64,000 nucleotides of DNA, taken from the NCBI RefSeq assembly GCF_009914755.1, contig NC_060930.1; one strand, given 5' to 3'. This DNA is from the human T2T-CHM13v2.0 reference genome, Homo sapiens. Shown here in pieces: positions 13,031-25,597 of this stretch. The notes beneath the pieces were generated by a model. It saw nothing but the letters and a program-made list of their open reading frames with translations, did not search any database and was not told the DNA's origin. Made by a program: the position numbers and the translations under genes. The stretch's first letter is position 1, and each line of letters opens with the position of its first letter.

Positions 13031-16000
13031 TGTTCTGAGCCACCTAAAGCTGTGAGTGGAGTGACACAAGTGCCCTTGTAGCCACCACAACTATGACTTT
13101 GCCATAGTTGTGCTGACCTCAAGTCAGCACAGTATTGGTTCTTTCTCAAGGCCTGCTGAAACCACTCCATGCTACCTGTCTGCTCAAGGCCCTGGGCTCT
13201 ACAGTCAGCAAGTGGCAAAGCCAGCCAGGTCTGTGTTCTTGCCTTCAGGACAGCAAGGTCTCCCAGAGCCCTGTGTGGATTTGGAAGTTCCATCTGGGAG
13301 TCAAAGACTAGAGTCAAAAAACTTAGAAGTCTGCCTGGTGTTTTATCATACTGCAGCTGAGCTGGCACTCAAACCACAAGATGCAGTCCTTCACACACTT
13401 TCCCCCTTTCCAAAGGGCACCCATCAGAGAGCCCTTTGGCATCTTTCCAAAGGTAGAGGAGACTCACCCCATAGTCACTGCCACCCCAGGCCATAAGGAG
13501 TACTGGCAGACTACCCCTGATGTTCCCTTAAGGCCCAAGGTCTCTGAAGTCAGCTTGTGGTAAATGCTGCCTGGCCTGGGACATACCCTTCAGGGCAGTG
13601 GGCTCCTGTCTGGCCCAAGGCAGATCCAGAAATGTAGTTCAAGAGTCAAGCTATGGAATCAAGGACCCAGGAGCCCATTTGATGTGGCCATGCTGGTACT
13701 TAAGACAAAGCCCCTTTTTCTTTCCCCTCTGCTTCTCCCAAGCAGAAGGAGTTTTGCCCCATATCCACCACAGCTGGTAATCTGTTGAGTCTTACCTGAA
13801 GTCAGTCTCAGAGGCTCGCTCAAGGCCCTCAATGTAGTACCTGTGTATCACTGTTGGTTATACAGGGCCCAAGGGCATTTCAGTTAGCAGGTGATAAATG
13901 CTGCCAGGACTGTGTCCTTTCCTTCGAGGCAACAGGTTCGCTTCTGGCCCAGGATGTGTATAGAAGTGTCCTCTGGGAGCTAGGGCCTGAAACAGGGGCT
14001 TCACAACTCTGATGGGTGCCCTATCCTGCTGTGGCTTAGCTGGTATCCTAGATGCAAGACAATGTCCTCCCAACTCTTTCCTCTCCTTTGCTCAAGTGGA
14101 AAGAAGAGGTCTCTTTTGGAGCTACCAGCTGTACAGGCTGGGGTTAGGGGAGGTGTGATGCCAGCGTTCCCTTAGCTGCCCCAGCTGTTGTCCCAGTATG
14201 TTATCTGCCCCCACCAGTCCACTGTCTCTGGGCCTAGTTCAGCCCTAGGACTCACCTAAAAGTTCCAATCCTTATGATCTAGACTGCCTTTCAAGTTTAC
14301 TTGGAGAAACAGTATCCTGTTGCCCTTGGTGGCAAGGTTTGTAGGCACTTAAGTTCAAACCCATGGAATCAGCGAGTATCTTCTAGATAGGGCTGGTTTA
14401 AATGCTCCCTCTGTGGGTGGGCATCAGCTGAGTTTGATCTGGTTTTCCCTTCTATTCTAACAGGACAGCACTGAGTTCAGTGCCTCACAATTACTGTGTT
14501 TTCCCTCCCTCAGCACCTAGAGATGCTCTCTGCATCATGCTGCAGCATCTAGAGGGTGGAGAAAGGGTGGCATCGGTGATTCAGGACTGTTTTTTCTGAC
14601 TCTACAGTGCCTCTTTCATCAATATGAAGTTAAAACCAGATACTGAGTGTTTACTTGATTTTTGATTCTCTGTAGATATTTGTTGGTGTCCTTGGTGGGG
14701 GAGGCAGACAATCGGTAGAATTCTCTATTCCGCCATCTTGCTCCACCTAGGGGCCAGAAACAGTTTACTCTTTCCTACAATTCTAATTAAAGTAGACCCA
14801 GTTCCTTTATTCTTTTTAGTCTTTCAGATGTTTCTCTTACAAAGAAAATTTTCTCTTTTACCTTTTTTTAGTTACTTTTCCACCATTATGTTCTCTTGAT
14901 GCTGTTTGCTTTCTTTCATCCATTCTCTAAATAAAATTTTAATTTAAACAAATCCATTTCCGGTTGCTTCAGAAATGTAGTCCCAAAGTGGACATTTAAT
15001 TTCCTATGGTATAAATGTTTTAAGACACTCACAGTGTACATAAAGTGAATCATAACATTGTGTGTAGCAGCAGATCACCTAGTCTCACTAACAAGCATAG
15101 AACCATGTACACAGGATGTAAAAAGAATCAAAACAGGTAGGTCTTAGAAAGCCTTAGTCCTTCCAGGGAAGTTTCAGTGAAATGTCAAAACTTTTACTAT
15201 GACTCAGAGTTGACATAAAAAGCATTTTATTGTGACAAAAATTAAACACTTATTCACTTATTGAACGTATACATCATACAAAAGAAATATCAGTTACTAT
15301 GACAAATATAAAAATAATTTTAAATTTGTCACTTTGGGGGAAACTAGAACATATATAAGAGATATAAGAACCTAAGATTTAAAAAAAAAAAAAAACAACT
15401 TGTCTGAATGTAACATATCTCCCCCATATTTGTAAAACAATTAGAGGACAAAAGCTAACCTGTGGTAATAAAATATCAACTATATTTTTGTTGATTAAGA
15501 GTTCCACATAAAATAATGCTTTGAAAGACTCACTGCTCTAAAATACTCACTAAAGCATGTGACTTTTGTGTCTTATCTTGGAAGTAGTGACATGGAGGGT
15601 TTTATGTAGGAAAGATGACATTCTAAATAGAAGGTAATATGCATTTAAGCATAGAGACTACCCTTCCTTTTTTCACAGACATATGTAAGAAATTAATAAC
15701 AGACAAAGTCAGGTACAGAAACAAAAACTAGGGGCCAAGTGAATACATGACTGAAGAAGTTATATTTCAAAGGTATTAAAAGAGGAGGCACTAAAGTTCT
15801 TTGAGTGACCTAATTATATTTTTGAAAAATATTCCATTCAACACTCATTTATTGGCTGTGTGTTATTGGTATATTTCTGTGCCTTGATGACTATGCTGTG
15901 AAAACATTGAAAAGATGGCATAGTCCTTTCCTTTGAGGAGCTACAGACTATTTGGATGATCTTGGCAGCTGTGTGCATCTTACTCTGGAGTGAGAAGAAA

Positions 16001-16879
16001 TTAGAGGCATGGTATATAAGTCCCTAGATATATACAATGGATGATACTATGGGGAGGGAGCATAATTTCAGTGTAAATTAATAAAGTCTGAGTCTAGAGG
16101 GTTGACTATGAAGATAGAAAGGATAAATTTCATCTTACAGATATTATATGGCAAAAGTACACATGCTTGATGCACTTCGTGCATAAAGAAAGAGGATTAA
16201 AAAACTAACTCCATGTAAGCATCCCTATTTTTAATTCTGTATTAAAGATATAAGCTAATAACTTATTCATTAATGTATTCAGTCATTCAAAAGCTAATGT
16301 CAAACACCTTCCATGTACTAGTTATTTGCAGAATCTACTTTCACCAGTCATCCTGCATAAGTAAATTGGTTTAGCATTATTGTCTTTTGAATTTGTCTAA
16401 TTAGCAGTACTAATTTTACACAGGGAGAAAGATACAGCTGGTTGAAGTGACATACAATAATTCATGATGGCTCTTACTGTACTGCTTATCCCAATTAAAA
16501 TAAGACAGTAGCATTTACTTATTAATTCAATTTTTTCTCATATCATTTAGAAAAGATATCTTTTATAATTTAAATTTCTTATGCCTATTTTGAAGATAGG
16601 TGTGAATTTTTTCAGAAAAGACTTAATTGACTCTACTTTCAAAAGTTATCTGAAAGTAAAAGTAGGAACAGAAAACCTTATACACTTGCTGAAAATATTC
16701 TGTCATTTAATCTTTTTATGTAATTCTAAAACAGTGGTATAAATGTCAACCTGATGTGCAGGAAGATAATTTTATTTTTATGAAGGCTAGAGTTTCTATC
16801 ATTTTAAAGTATGGCAATAATTAGAATTTAGTTTCTGATTTTACATATAGGAATATTTGATCATTTTTATTGTGTTAGA

Positions 16880-19225
16880 GAGGAACTTCTGCTCCTAGAG
16901 ATGAGGGATTAACAGAGTCCAGACTTAGCCTTCTGCCATAAGCAACTAGAAATCTTGACAAAATATACAAAACAACTGTGTTCAGACATTGGAAAACAGT
17001 ACATGACCTTGAGTTCATGGAAGTGAAGGGAAACAAACAAGGTGAACCCTAAAATCACTCAGGCTTTCTGCCTGGAGACAGAAAGACAGAAATAATTTCC
17101 TGATGGTTGTTCATTTGAGAGAGAAAACAAATGGAGCTTGGCCATCTTGCTAATTTAAGAAGACAGAATCAGAGTTTGGGAGGACCAAAACAGCTAGAAT
17201 TTGTAGTGCAAAGTATGGAAGAAGATGGATCTATGCAAAAAAGGAGCCACAGAAATTAGCATAGGCATTCCCTTGAGTATTTGATTGAATACTAGTCTAC
17301 ATGTCAGCCGGCTGGAATTTTGAGTCCGAGTAAGGAACACTTAGTAGGGAGTTGGATTCCCAGAGCTGACATAGAGCCAGAAATTTTCCAACTTCCAGCA
17401 GCCAGAGTAGAGATATCTTGTTGAATACATAAGGAATTAAGTAAAAGCTCTTGGAAGGTCATGTCTTAATAATGAGGCTAAACTATTCCTCAAACAGTGA
17501 CTATTCTAGACTTGCTCTAATAATTTAAAATCAAAGCTCAAAGGGAACAAACTAAGCTGTAAGTTGCTTAACTGCATGCTCAAACAAAGTCCAACACTCA
17601 TTTTAAAAAGGAAGAAAAATAAATCCGCACTCTACACCTTAATGCACACAATGTCTTGCATCTAGCCAAAAAATTGCAGATTTGACCAAGTGGCAAAATG
17701 TGTCACATTACCAGGAAGAAAACCAAGCAATAGAAACAGTTCCAGAAATTACATTGATGTTAAAATTAGCAGTCAAGGGCGTTAAAACACAAGGATAAAT
17801 ACGTGCTAAAAGATTTAAAAGAAGACATAAATATAAAAAGAAGAAAAATGACAATATAAAAAATAACATATTAGAAGTTATACAGCTGAAAAATAACATA
17901 TCTAAGAAAAAAACATTTTAATGGATTGGATTAACAGCACATTAATTGTTGTAGAACTAAAGGTCAGTGAACTGAAAAACATAGCAATAGGAAACAGGCA
18001 AATGAGGCACAAAGAGAAAAAATTAAAAGCTAAAAGAAATGAGCAAACTCTCAGTTACTTGCAGAGTAATACCCAGTGGTAGACTATAAGTGCAACTGAA
18101 GCTTCAAAAGGCTGGGAGAGTGAAGCAGGTCAGAAGAAAACCTGAAGAAATGGTGGCTGTAAAATTTTAAATGTAATGAAAATGTAAGCCCAAATCCATA
18201 AAGTTCAACAAATCCTAAGCAGGATAAACACAAAGAAGTCATTACAATTAAGTTGCTAAAAACCAGTGATAAAAAATTAATATCCAAAATAAGAAAGGGG
18301 TGATACATTCAGAAGAACGAAATAACAATTATGGCAGGCTTCTTATCAGAAACTATAGGTGAGACAAGAAAGAAGTAACATCTTCAAAGCACTGAAAGCA
18401 AAAATAATAATAATAATCTTTAACCTAGAATTCCATTCCCTAGGACAATGGAATGACATAACATGCTGAAATAGAATATATATATACGGTCAACTTAAAC
18501 TTCCATACCAAGTGAAAATGTTATTTTTGAAATACTAAGGCAAAATTAATACTTTTTCAAACAAATAGAAGCTGAGAGAGGTCATATTCTCAGGCTGGCA
18601 TGGCTGTAAATGTTAAAGAAAGGTCTTCAGGAAGAAGAAAATTATACCAGGCCAAAATGTGGACCTAAACAAAGTAATTAAAAGAACCAGAAATGTAAAT
18701 ATATGGCTAAATATAAAATATAATATCTTTGTTATTTTAAAAAACATATTTCAGGGATAATTGACTGTTTAAAGCAAAAATAATAATTCATTTGGGAAGG
18801 GTCTATAAAATAAATATGTGGAAGTAAAATGTATAAAACTATAACCCAAAGGACGGGAGGGGAAAATGGAAGAATATTACTGTAGGGTTCTTACATTATA
18901 CATAAAGTAGTATAATCTTATCTGAATGTACATTGTGATAAATTAGTGGTGCATATTGTCAATTTTAGAGCAACCACTGGAACATAGCAAAGAGGCCTAA
19001 CTAGTAAGCCACTATGCAGATAAAATAGAATGCTAAAAAGAAGGCAAAAAACAAAGAACATATAGGACAGAAAAAAGAAAAATAAGAGATGATTGATTTG
19101 TATTTAACCATACTGATTATTATGATAAATGTAAATGTACTAAACAATAAAAGGCAGAAATTGTCAGACTAGAGATAAATGCAAGACCAAATTGTGTGCT
19201 GTCTACAAGACGTGCACTTCAAATG
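16880..19225 (+). mobile_element. Ancient L1M 5' portion (5'UTR, ORF1, start of ORF2), 3'-truncated
   Basis: A-rich ORF1-like sequence (cttcttatcagaaactata, aacctagaattc) ending in an EN-like tgctgtctacaagacgtgcacttc (CCLQ..HF). Confidence 0.75.
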
Positions 19226-19946
19226 GAATGTGTTTTTATGTTTATTTTTGTACTATGGAGTGTGAAAGTGTTTACCAAGCAAACTGAAAATGGGGGAAAG
19301 TTTAAACTGCTCAGATATTAAGCAGCTCTCCAGTAATTTTGAACTAGTAATTTTGCTACCAGTACTTGTTATGATCTTTTGAATTCACTAGAGAAAGTCA
19401 GGCAGGGCAATACTTGATTCTTCTTTCTTAGCTATCATTCTGTTTTTATGTATATATAGTTGCTCTTGAGTGAAATTGTCTAATAATTCAGTTTTTCATA
19501 ATTACAACAAAAATTGTATAATTACTTAGCTTTGATGAATTAAAAGGTTTTATTACAGACTTTTTTAGTAAAACATTACTTGCTTTCTCAGAGAAGAAAA
19601 ATATATACTTTTTCTTTTTTGAGAGTAATAAATATTAATATAAACAAGGATTAAATTAAACTGTTTCATTTTTAACTCTGCAAAAAAATGTAGTCAAATA
19701 ACTCTATAAAATGAATTATTATTGAAAAGCCTCCAAACCCAGCATGGAATGAATTGACAATTCCATCCAAACTCTAAGGTAATCAAATATATACAAATTC
19801 ACATTCTTAAGATTCCTCAGCATATAAGATTATTTTCATAGTTAGTCTTTTTTTCTTTATTCATAATCTGAAAACAAATCCTCATCTGAAATAGAAGCTT
19901 TTCTGGGAAAACTATCTTTAAAATTCATGAAATATCTATGTTATAG

Positions 19947-20073
19947 GTTATACGGAAAGGAGAAGTGAGCTGCTGCTGGATTTGCACGGCCTGCAAAGAG
20001 AATGAATATGTGCAAGATGAGTTCACCTGCAAAGCTTGTGACTTGGGATGGTGGCCCAATGCAGATCTAACAG
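19947..20073 (+). CDS. GRM1: GRM1 coding exon, cysteine-rich domain (VIRKGEVSCCWICTACKENEYVQDEFTCKACDLGWWPNADLT-G), 127 nt, phase 0 to 1
   Basis: ttatag|GTTATA acceptor and ACAG|gtagga donor. Manual translation gives the class C GPCR Cys-rich motif of mGlu1. The terminal G joins GC of the next exon to make Gly. Not in the ORF track. Confidence 0.98.
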
Positions 20074-20379
20074 GTAGGAACTGCCTCACTTGGAAACCTT
20101 GTGCCTCACTATTTGCCTTTCCAATGTGTCCATCCCTCAAATGAGAATGATTAGCTCATGTCTTCTCAATGTTAATTTACAATGCACACTTTTTAGTCCT
20201 CATGTCAAGGAGTATACATAAACCTCATAAGTTTTCTATAATCTATATTGAAAAGAAAGTTCATGTAAATCTAAATAACAATGAATTGATGTGTGGTAGG
20301 CTATGCTATTATAGAGTTGTTTTCTGTTTTTCTTTAAATTGTATTTGAAGGTATTTCTGGCCACCTGAATTTATATTTG

Positions 20380-21080
20380 CAATCATTTCTTGAACATCTA
20401 CTATGGATGAGGCACTACTATAGGCCCTAAAAATAGAAAAGTAAATGTCCCAGCTTTTATTTTGTATAAAATCTATCAGGGAAGAAACATGGAAAAATAT
20501 AATATAACATAACATAATTATTAAAATAATCATCCCGGCTTTTATTTTGCTTAAAACCTATCAGGAACGAAACATGAAAAATATAATAAAACATAATATA
20601 ATTATTGAAATAATAGAGATATCTATAAAGTGCATAAAGTTTGTTAAGCAGGCAAGAAGATGAAAGGAATTTCAGGCCTAAAGTAGAACACGGGAAACAT
20701 GAAAGTTTATGACACATTTGCAGAAAACCATAGAACAAGTATGTGGGGTTGGTAGGTAGGGACAATGGTCCAGTAGGGTAGTGGTCAGAAATGAGAATAG
20801 ACAAGGACACTGATGGGATGGCAGAGTGCTTCTGTGTGACATTCCTCTACATGTTTGGACTTTGGCTTTGAGCACAGGAGAACCACTAAAGAATTTTAAA
20901 GTGGTGAATGACATTATGATACCCGCATTTCTGGTATGCTTCTTGTAGTGGTATAGGAAGTTGTTGTATTGATGCAAGTGAGTTACTTGAAAAGGTGTGG
21001 ATTAGGACAGCTACAGTAGGAATGGAAAGGAATAAATGAAACAGATGATTCACTAGTAAAACCAATGGAACTCAGAGGGA
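20380..21080 (-). mobile_element. Degraded L2
   Basis: ttgaacatctactatgg...; ggagaaccactaaagaattttaaagtgg resembles antisense L2. Confidence 0.55.
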
Positions 21081-21239
21081 TTGATTATATGAGTTTGTAA
21101 GTTTCCTAAGAGTGATGTTCATATAAATGAATTTTGTTTTTCACACATCTTGTTATGAGCTTACAGAGGAGAAATGATTCATAAAACTTTGCATAAATTT
21201 TAGGAGCCATAGAGGCTTTTTTATGTGAGTACATAGACA

Positions 21240-21385
21240 CTTTGTCATCTGAATAATCTAGCCCCTCGTCTTATCATCTTAGAAAGAGGGAGCTGAGGCC
21301 TAGAGACGTGAAGTTGTATGGCCAAAGTCAGGAAAATAGTGAGAAGCAGAACCTAGTCCACTAACCCCTGACTCCATGTCTTTTT
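21240..21385 (-). mobile_element. MIR fragment
   Basis: gaggggagctgaggcctagagacgtgaagttgtatggccaaagtca is the MIR core. Confidence 0.7.
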
Positions 21386-23739
21386 GGGTGCTGTTGAAAA
21401 TCATCCGTAAATGTAATATTCTTGATGGTTGGACATTTTTTTACTTGTTTCCAAGTAAAAATATGCAACTAAGAAATCATGCAGTTTATTCAGAGTACAT
21501 AAAAAATGACTAGGTAAGTAGAACTAGGTCACGTAACTAAAATTATACTAAGTGACAATACCTTGTAAAATGTTAATTTTGTTAGAAAAAAGTTAAACTG
21601 AGCAGCAGAAAGCTTTTGTAAGTCACCTAGTACAAAGGTCCTTTTTAAAGAGAAGAAAAGTAGATCAGAACGTTTTTGAAGGTATGAACTGCATCTCACT
21701 CATCTTTTTATTTGCCAGCTAAATTTCATGCCTAAAAATTACCCAGGAATTACCCACCTCCAGAGATTCCGCTTTGCTCCCGCTGGAGTGGAACTCAGCA
21801 GATCCTGATGCAATTACTCTCTGTCCCACCCATTGAGAAACACCACTCTCTGGCGCATAGCCTGATGCCTTGAACATAATAGCTACTTAATACATGTTTG
21901 TTAAATTGAGGGAATTAGGAAGAAGGGACTCACCCAGGGTCATCGAGGTCAATGCAGTTGGTTAATAGAAAAACCACAGTGAGCATTCAAGATTGTTTGT
22001 CACTGGATCTAATGAATGCTCTCACTCTGCCATGGTTGCATGCAATGGCCTGGCTTGGAAAAGCTTTTCCAACCTCATTTTGGACTCATGCCTTCCCTCC
22101 ACTTACATTATTTCTCTTCAAATTTGTATCCTACTTCATGGTGTGTGCCTCCTGCCAGGCCTCTTTTTCTTGTATAAGTAGGTCCGCTTAGATGGCCATT
22201 GTGTTTGAGAGCTGGGGTTTACTGACAGTCATTCCACTCATCTGTTTGACTGAGATCACAGCTGACTAGGAAAAAGCTCAAAGACAAAAGTGACCTCTTT
22301 ATGAGGTTAATCTTAGAAGTCAGAAGTCTTGGCTTTGAGGTACAAACATTTTTCTCTTGTCTACATTTTTTGGGCTTTCTCCAACTTCTCCTACTGCTCT
22401 ATTTCATTTTCATTAGGGCTTATCTCACACATTAAAAAAATTTCTATCCTATTTTAAAACACTAAGATAAAAAAGCTTTTTAAAAAACATGATATGATGT
22501 AATAGTGGAACTCAAGGTCATACCTTTTATTCCTTGGAGATGCTCTATTGTGGGATTATTGCATATTTTCTGTCCACTGCCAAATGCTCATTTCCGTTGA
22601 TTAGGGATCTTTAACTTGGTAAAATATTTTTAAAATTCTCCTTGGTTAAAAATGGATTAATATTAATACAATTACATTTCTAACGATTTAATATGCCATG
22701 AGCTATCATATGCATAAAAGTCACTTTAACATTCAAATGAGTTGAGCCAGCAACTCCTCAGACCATGCCCTTAGCTAATAACAACAGGCATGCAGCTGCG
22801 ACTGGGTCATATATTCAGATGATTTTGCAAATCTTATCTTTAGGGTCTTTCACAATATAGATTCCTCATTCTAATTTATACTAATGTCTTAATGATCCAT
22901 ATTGATTCTGCCTTTCTTTTGGTCTCTTACAGGAAATCCCATTTACCACTTGCTTGATGCCATGTCAAGCACAGAGCAAGGGCATAGTCCGTGCCAATGT
23001 GTTGTGGGTGTTACCATGGTAGCGGTAGTTATGAAATGAGAAAACCTATGAGAACAGAATACTAAAAATCAGTAGAATTACTCAGAAAAGTAAACGCATT
23101 GCCTTTAAGTAGGTGTTTGATTTATGGGTAATTTTTTTTCACTAAATATTAGTTAAAATGAGAAATCATTCTTCTTTGAAAAATAGTGTATTCTACTGAA
23201 GTAAAATATACTTTTTATTTTTAATAGTTGGTTAAAATATACTTAAAATCACTTTAAAAGTTAGCTACTTTTAATATATACTCCATACATTATAATATTA
23301 ATGAATAAAAACAGGTTTACTGTGGTTTTTATTTCCATTAAAATGTGGTTTTTTTTGGCTATGAAGAAATTAGTATATTTCTTAGAGAAAGTGCTTTTTG
23401 AAGCTGTTAAAAAGTTTCTCATATTTTCTTCTTGTGAAATTGCACATTTTAATTCAGCACTTAAATTTCACACTTTATTTCTTGTGATACAAAAACAGGG
23501 ATCTTTTCTACCATGATATACAGCTTGACAGTAGTTTAACAATTTGTGGACCAATTATATGTAATCCAATGCTACTAATTTATTTGTAGAAGTAAAATAA
23601 GAATATTCCTCAAAAAGACAGACTACGCTACATTTTCTCATTAAAAAAAAAAACGGAAAATGCTTTATAAACATTAACTAATTTTAACAACTTTTTTTCC
23701 ATTCCGACAGTTGTTGTAACCTCTTACACTAGTATCTAC

Positions 23740-24020
23740 TAATTTATTTCATTCTGTAATAAACACTACCACCTGTTTTGTGCCAGGTACTTTTTAAAAA
23801 CTGGGAATATACAGGTGAATTAAGCAATGTCTATATCCTAAGGGAGGAGCTTCATATGAAACTAGCCATGTAAACAGCCAACTATAAGTCCTACAATAGA
23901 GTTATGGGTAAAATGTCAGATAAATATGGAGCGGCTGTTTTTCCCTGGGAAGAAAAAAGCCTTTGCAGAAGAAGGGACATTTGATCTGAGCACTGAATTA
24001 CAAACAGAATTTCACCTGGT
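23740..24020 (-). mobile_element. L2 fragment
   Basis: tttattcattc...tgtgccaggtact...gacatttgatctgagcactgaa. Confidence 0.6.
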
Positions 24021-25597
24021 AGAATTTCATTGAATTGTAATAGAATTACTATTTATATTGATTTTAAAACAATCAGGGAAGCATTTTGATGAAGGTTTAT
24101 ATGATCATGATGTAGTATTGCAAATGTTATGAATTACCTCAAGACGCTTTGCATAGAGTTTTATTTCTTAATTTATGTTAAATTTGACTTGACCTAATTG
24201 GAAAAAAGTCTGATAGTAAATTTCATCCTCCTCCAATACATCTGGATCATATAAGATGTACTGGATCTTATAAGGATCTTATAAGTACCCTAACATTTGA
24301 TTCAAAAATTAGAAGTAGCTACCAGTCCTCAGATCAGAGTTATTGCCACCTTGCTTTGATTTTGCTCAGTAATTTGTAGTTGGCTTGAAGGAAACTGACT
24401 TGTCTGATAGCTCTGAGTTCTCTGTAATAACCCTAACCATAAACATTTGCCAGGACCTCAAGTTCCCAAGGTTCAGATATGCAAAGCACAACTCTCACAA
24501 AGTCCCCCTTTTGAGTTCTGAGGTTAGGTGGACGCTACTCACCACTGGTTGAAGGTAGTCTCCCCTCTTTCTAGTTTTGGGATAAACAAACACACCTGGA
24601 GGTTGGATAACTCTTTTTTAAAAACTTCAAAACAGGATCTCAAAGAAAGCCACATAACATGACATTACATAATTGGACAAATGACATTACAGCTAATTCC
24701 CTCAAGATGGCAAAGCTAATGTTTCTCAAATTTAGGATAAATTTAAATTTATCCTAAATAAAAAATAAAGAAAGAAAAGAAAAAAAGGAAAAAGAATCTA
24801 AAACTTTTAAGAAACTTACTCAAAATATAGATTCTGTTTTGGATGGTTCCAGATTGGCATTGAAAAGCCTGGTTTCCATATATGAAAAAGAATCTAGCAT
24901 CTTCCCAAGAGATAAAGCAATCATAGTAGAATTGCAAGTATGTTTCTGGGTGTCATGACAAACTGCTACTGTTACAACACGAGAGTACTTACATCCCCTC
25001 TAGCATAACAACATTGTTCTTCATCTGTATTTGATGCACTGTATAGGACAGAGTTATTTTATAGCTAGATTTGGACAACTTTATGATTATCCTTGGAGAG
25101 GCCTTAGTATCTGTCCTTGACTATTGTCCTCATTAGGGGAACTTGGATTTACGATATGCAGTTTAAAGTTTAAAATGTGTTTGGTGGCAACCAAATCCTG
25201 TTTGCTCACTGATGGATTTTGCCTGAAATCACCAATTAGCTTGATTTGGCTACATGACTTGGGGGTGATAAAAAGATTCCACTGAAACTTCTGCCCTAGC
25301 TAACCCAAAGCCAATATTCATGGTAGAGATCCTGGTAGTCCAATCCACAGTTAAAGTCTATCCATGTGTGAATAAGAACCTAGAGAGCTTGCACCTGGTT
25401 ATCTCTTGGTCCCTTGGTGTTGACATGCACTGTCTTTCTCGCACCGTATTAGACCTTTTGACTTTAAATAAAATTCTTACATGAGTGTCTTCTACAAGTC
25501 TTCTGAATCTTTTCAAATATCTAAACTCATGCAATCTTTGCATATGCAGAGTATTGTTATTGGAAAAGTTAGCATAACATACCTTTATATTATTTCT

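Larger units (their letters stand above)
4365..14748 (-). mobile_element. Near full-length degenerate L1 (L1MA1-3-like) interrupted by two MaLR insertions
   Basis: Poly-T tail with gggtacatagtaggtatatatatttatggggtacatgag 3' end. ORF2 fragments include the RT motif [10 protein letters not shown] (6693..7067) and EN TWNVNGL (8744..8959). ORF1-like remnant near 12240-12431. The 5' end reads cgccatcttgctcc. Confidence 0.92.

Noticed and set aside
4358-14766. acagtt as TSD of the long L1MA element
   Set aside because: Only a 6-bp match and offset from the apparent 5' end, so it could be chance.
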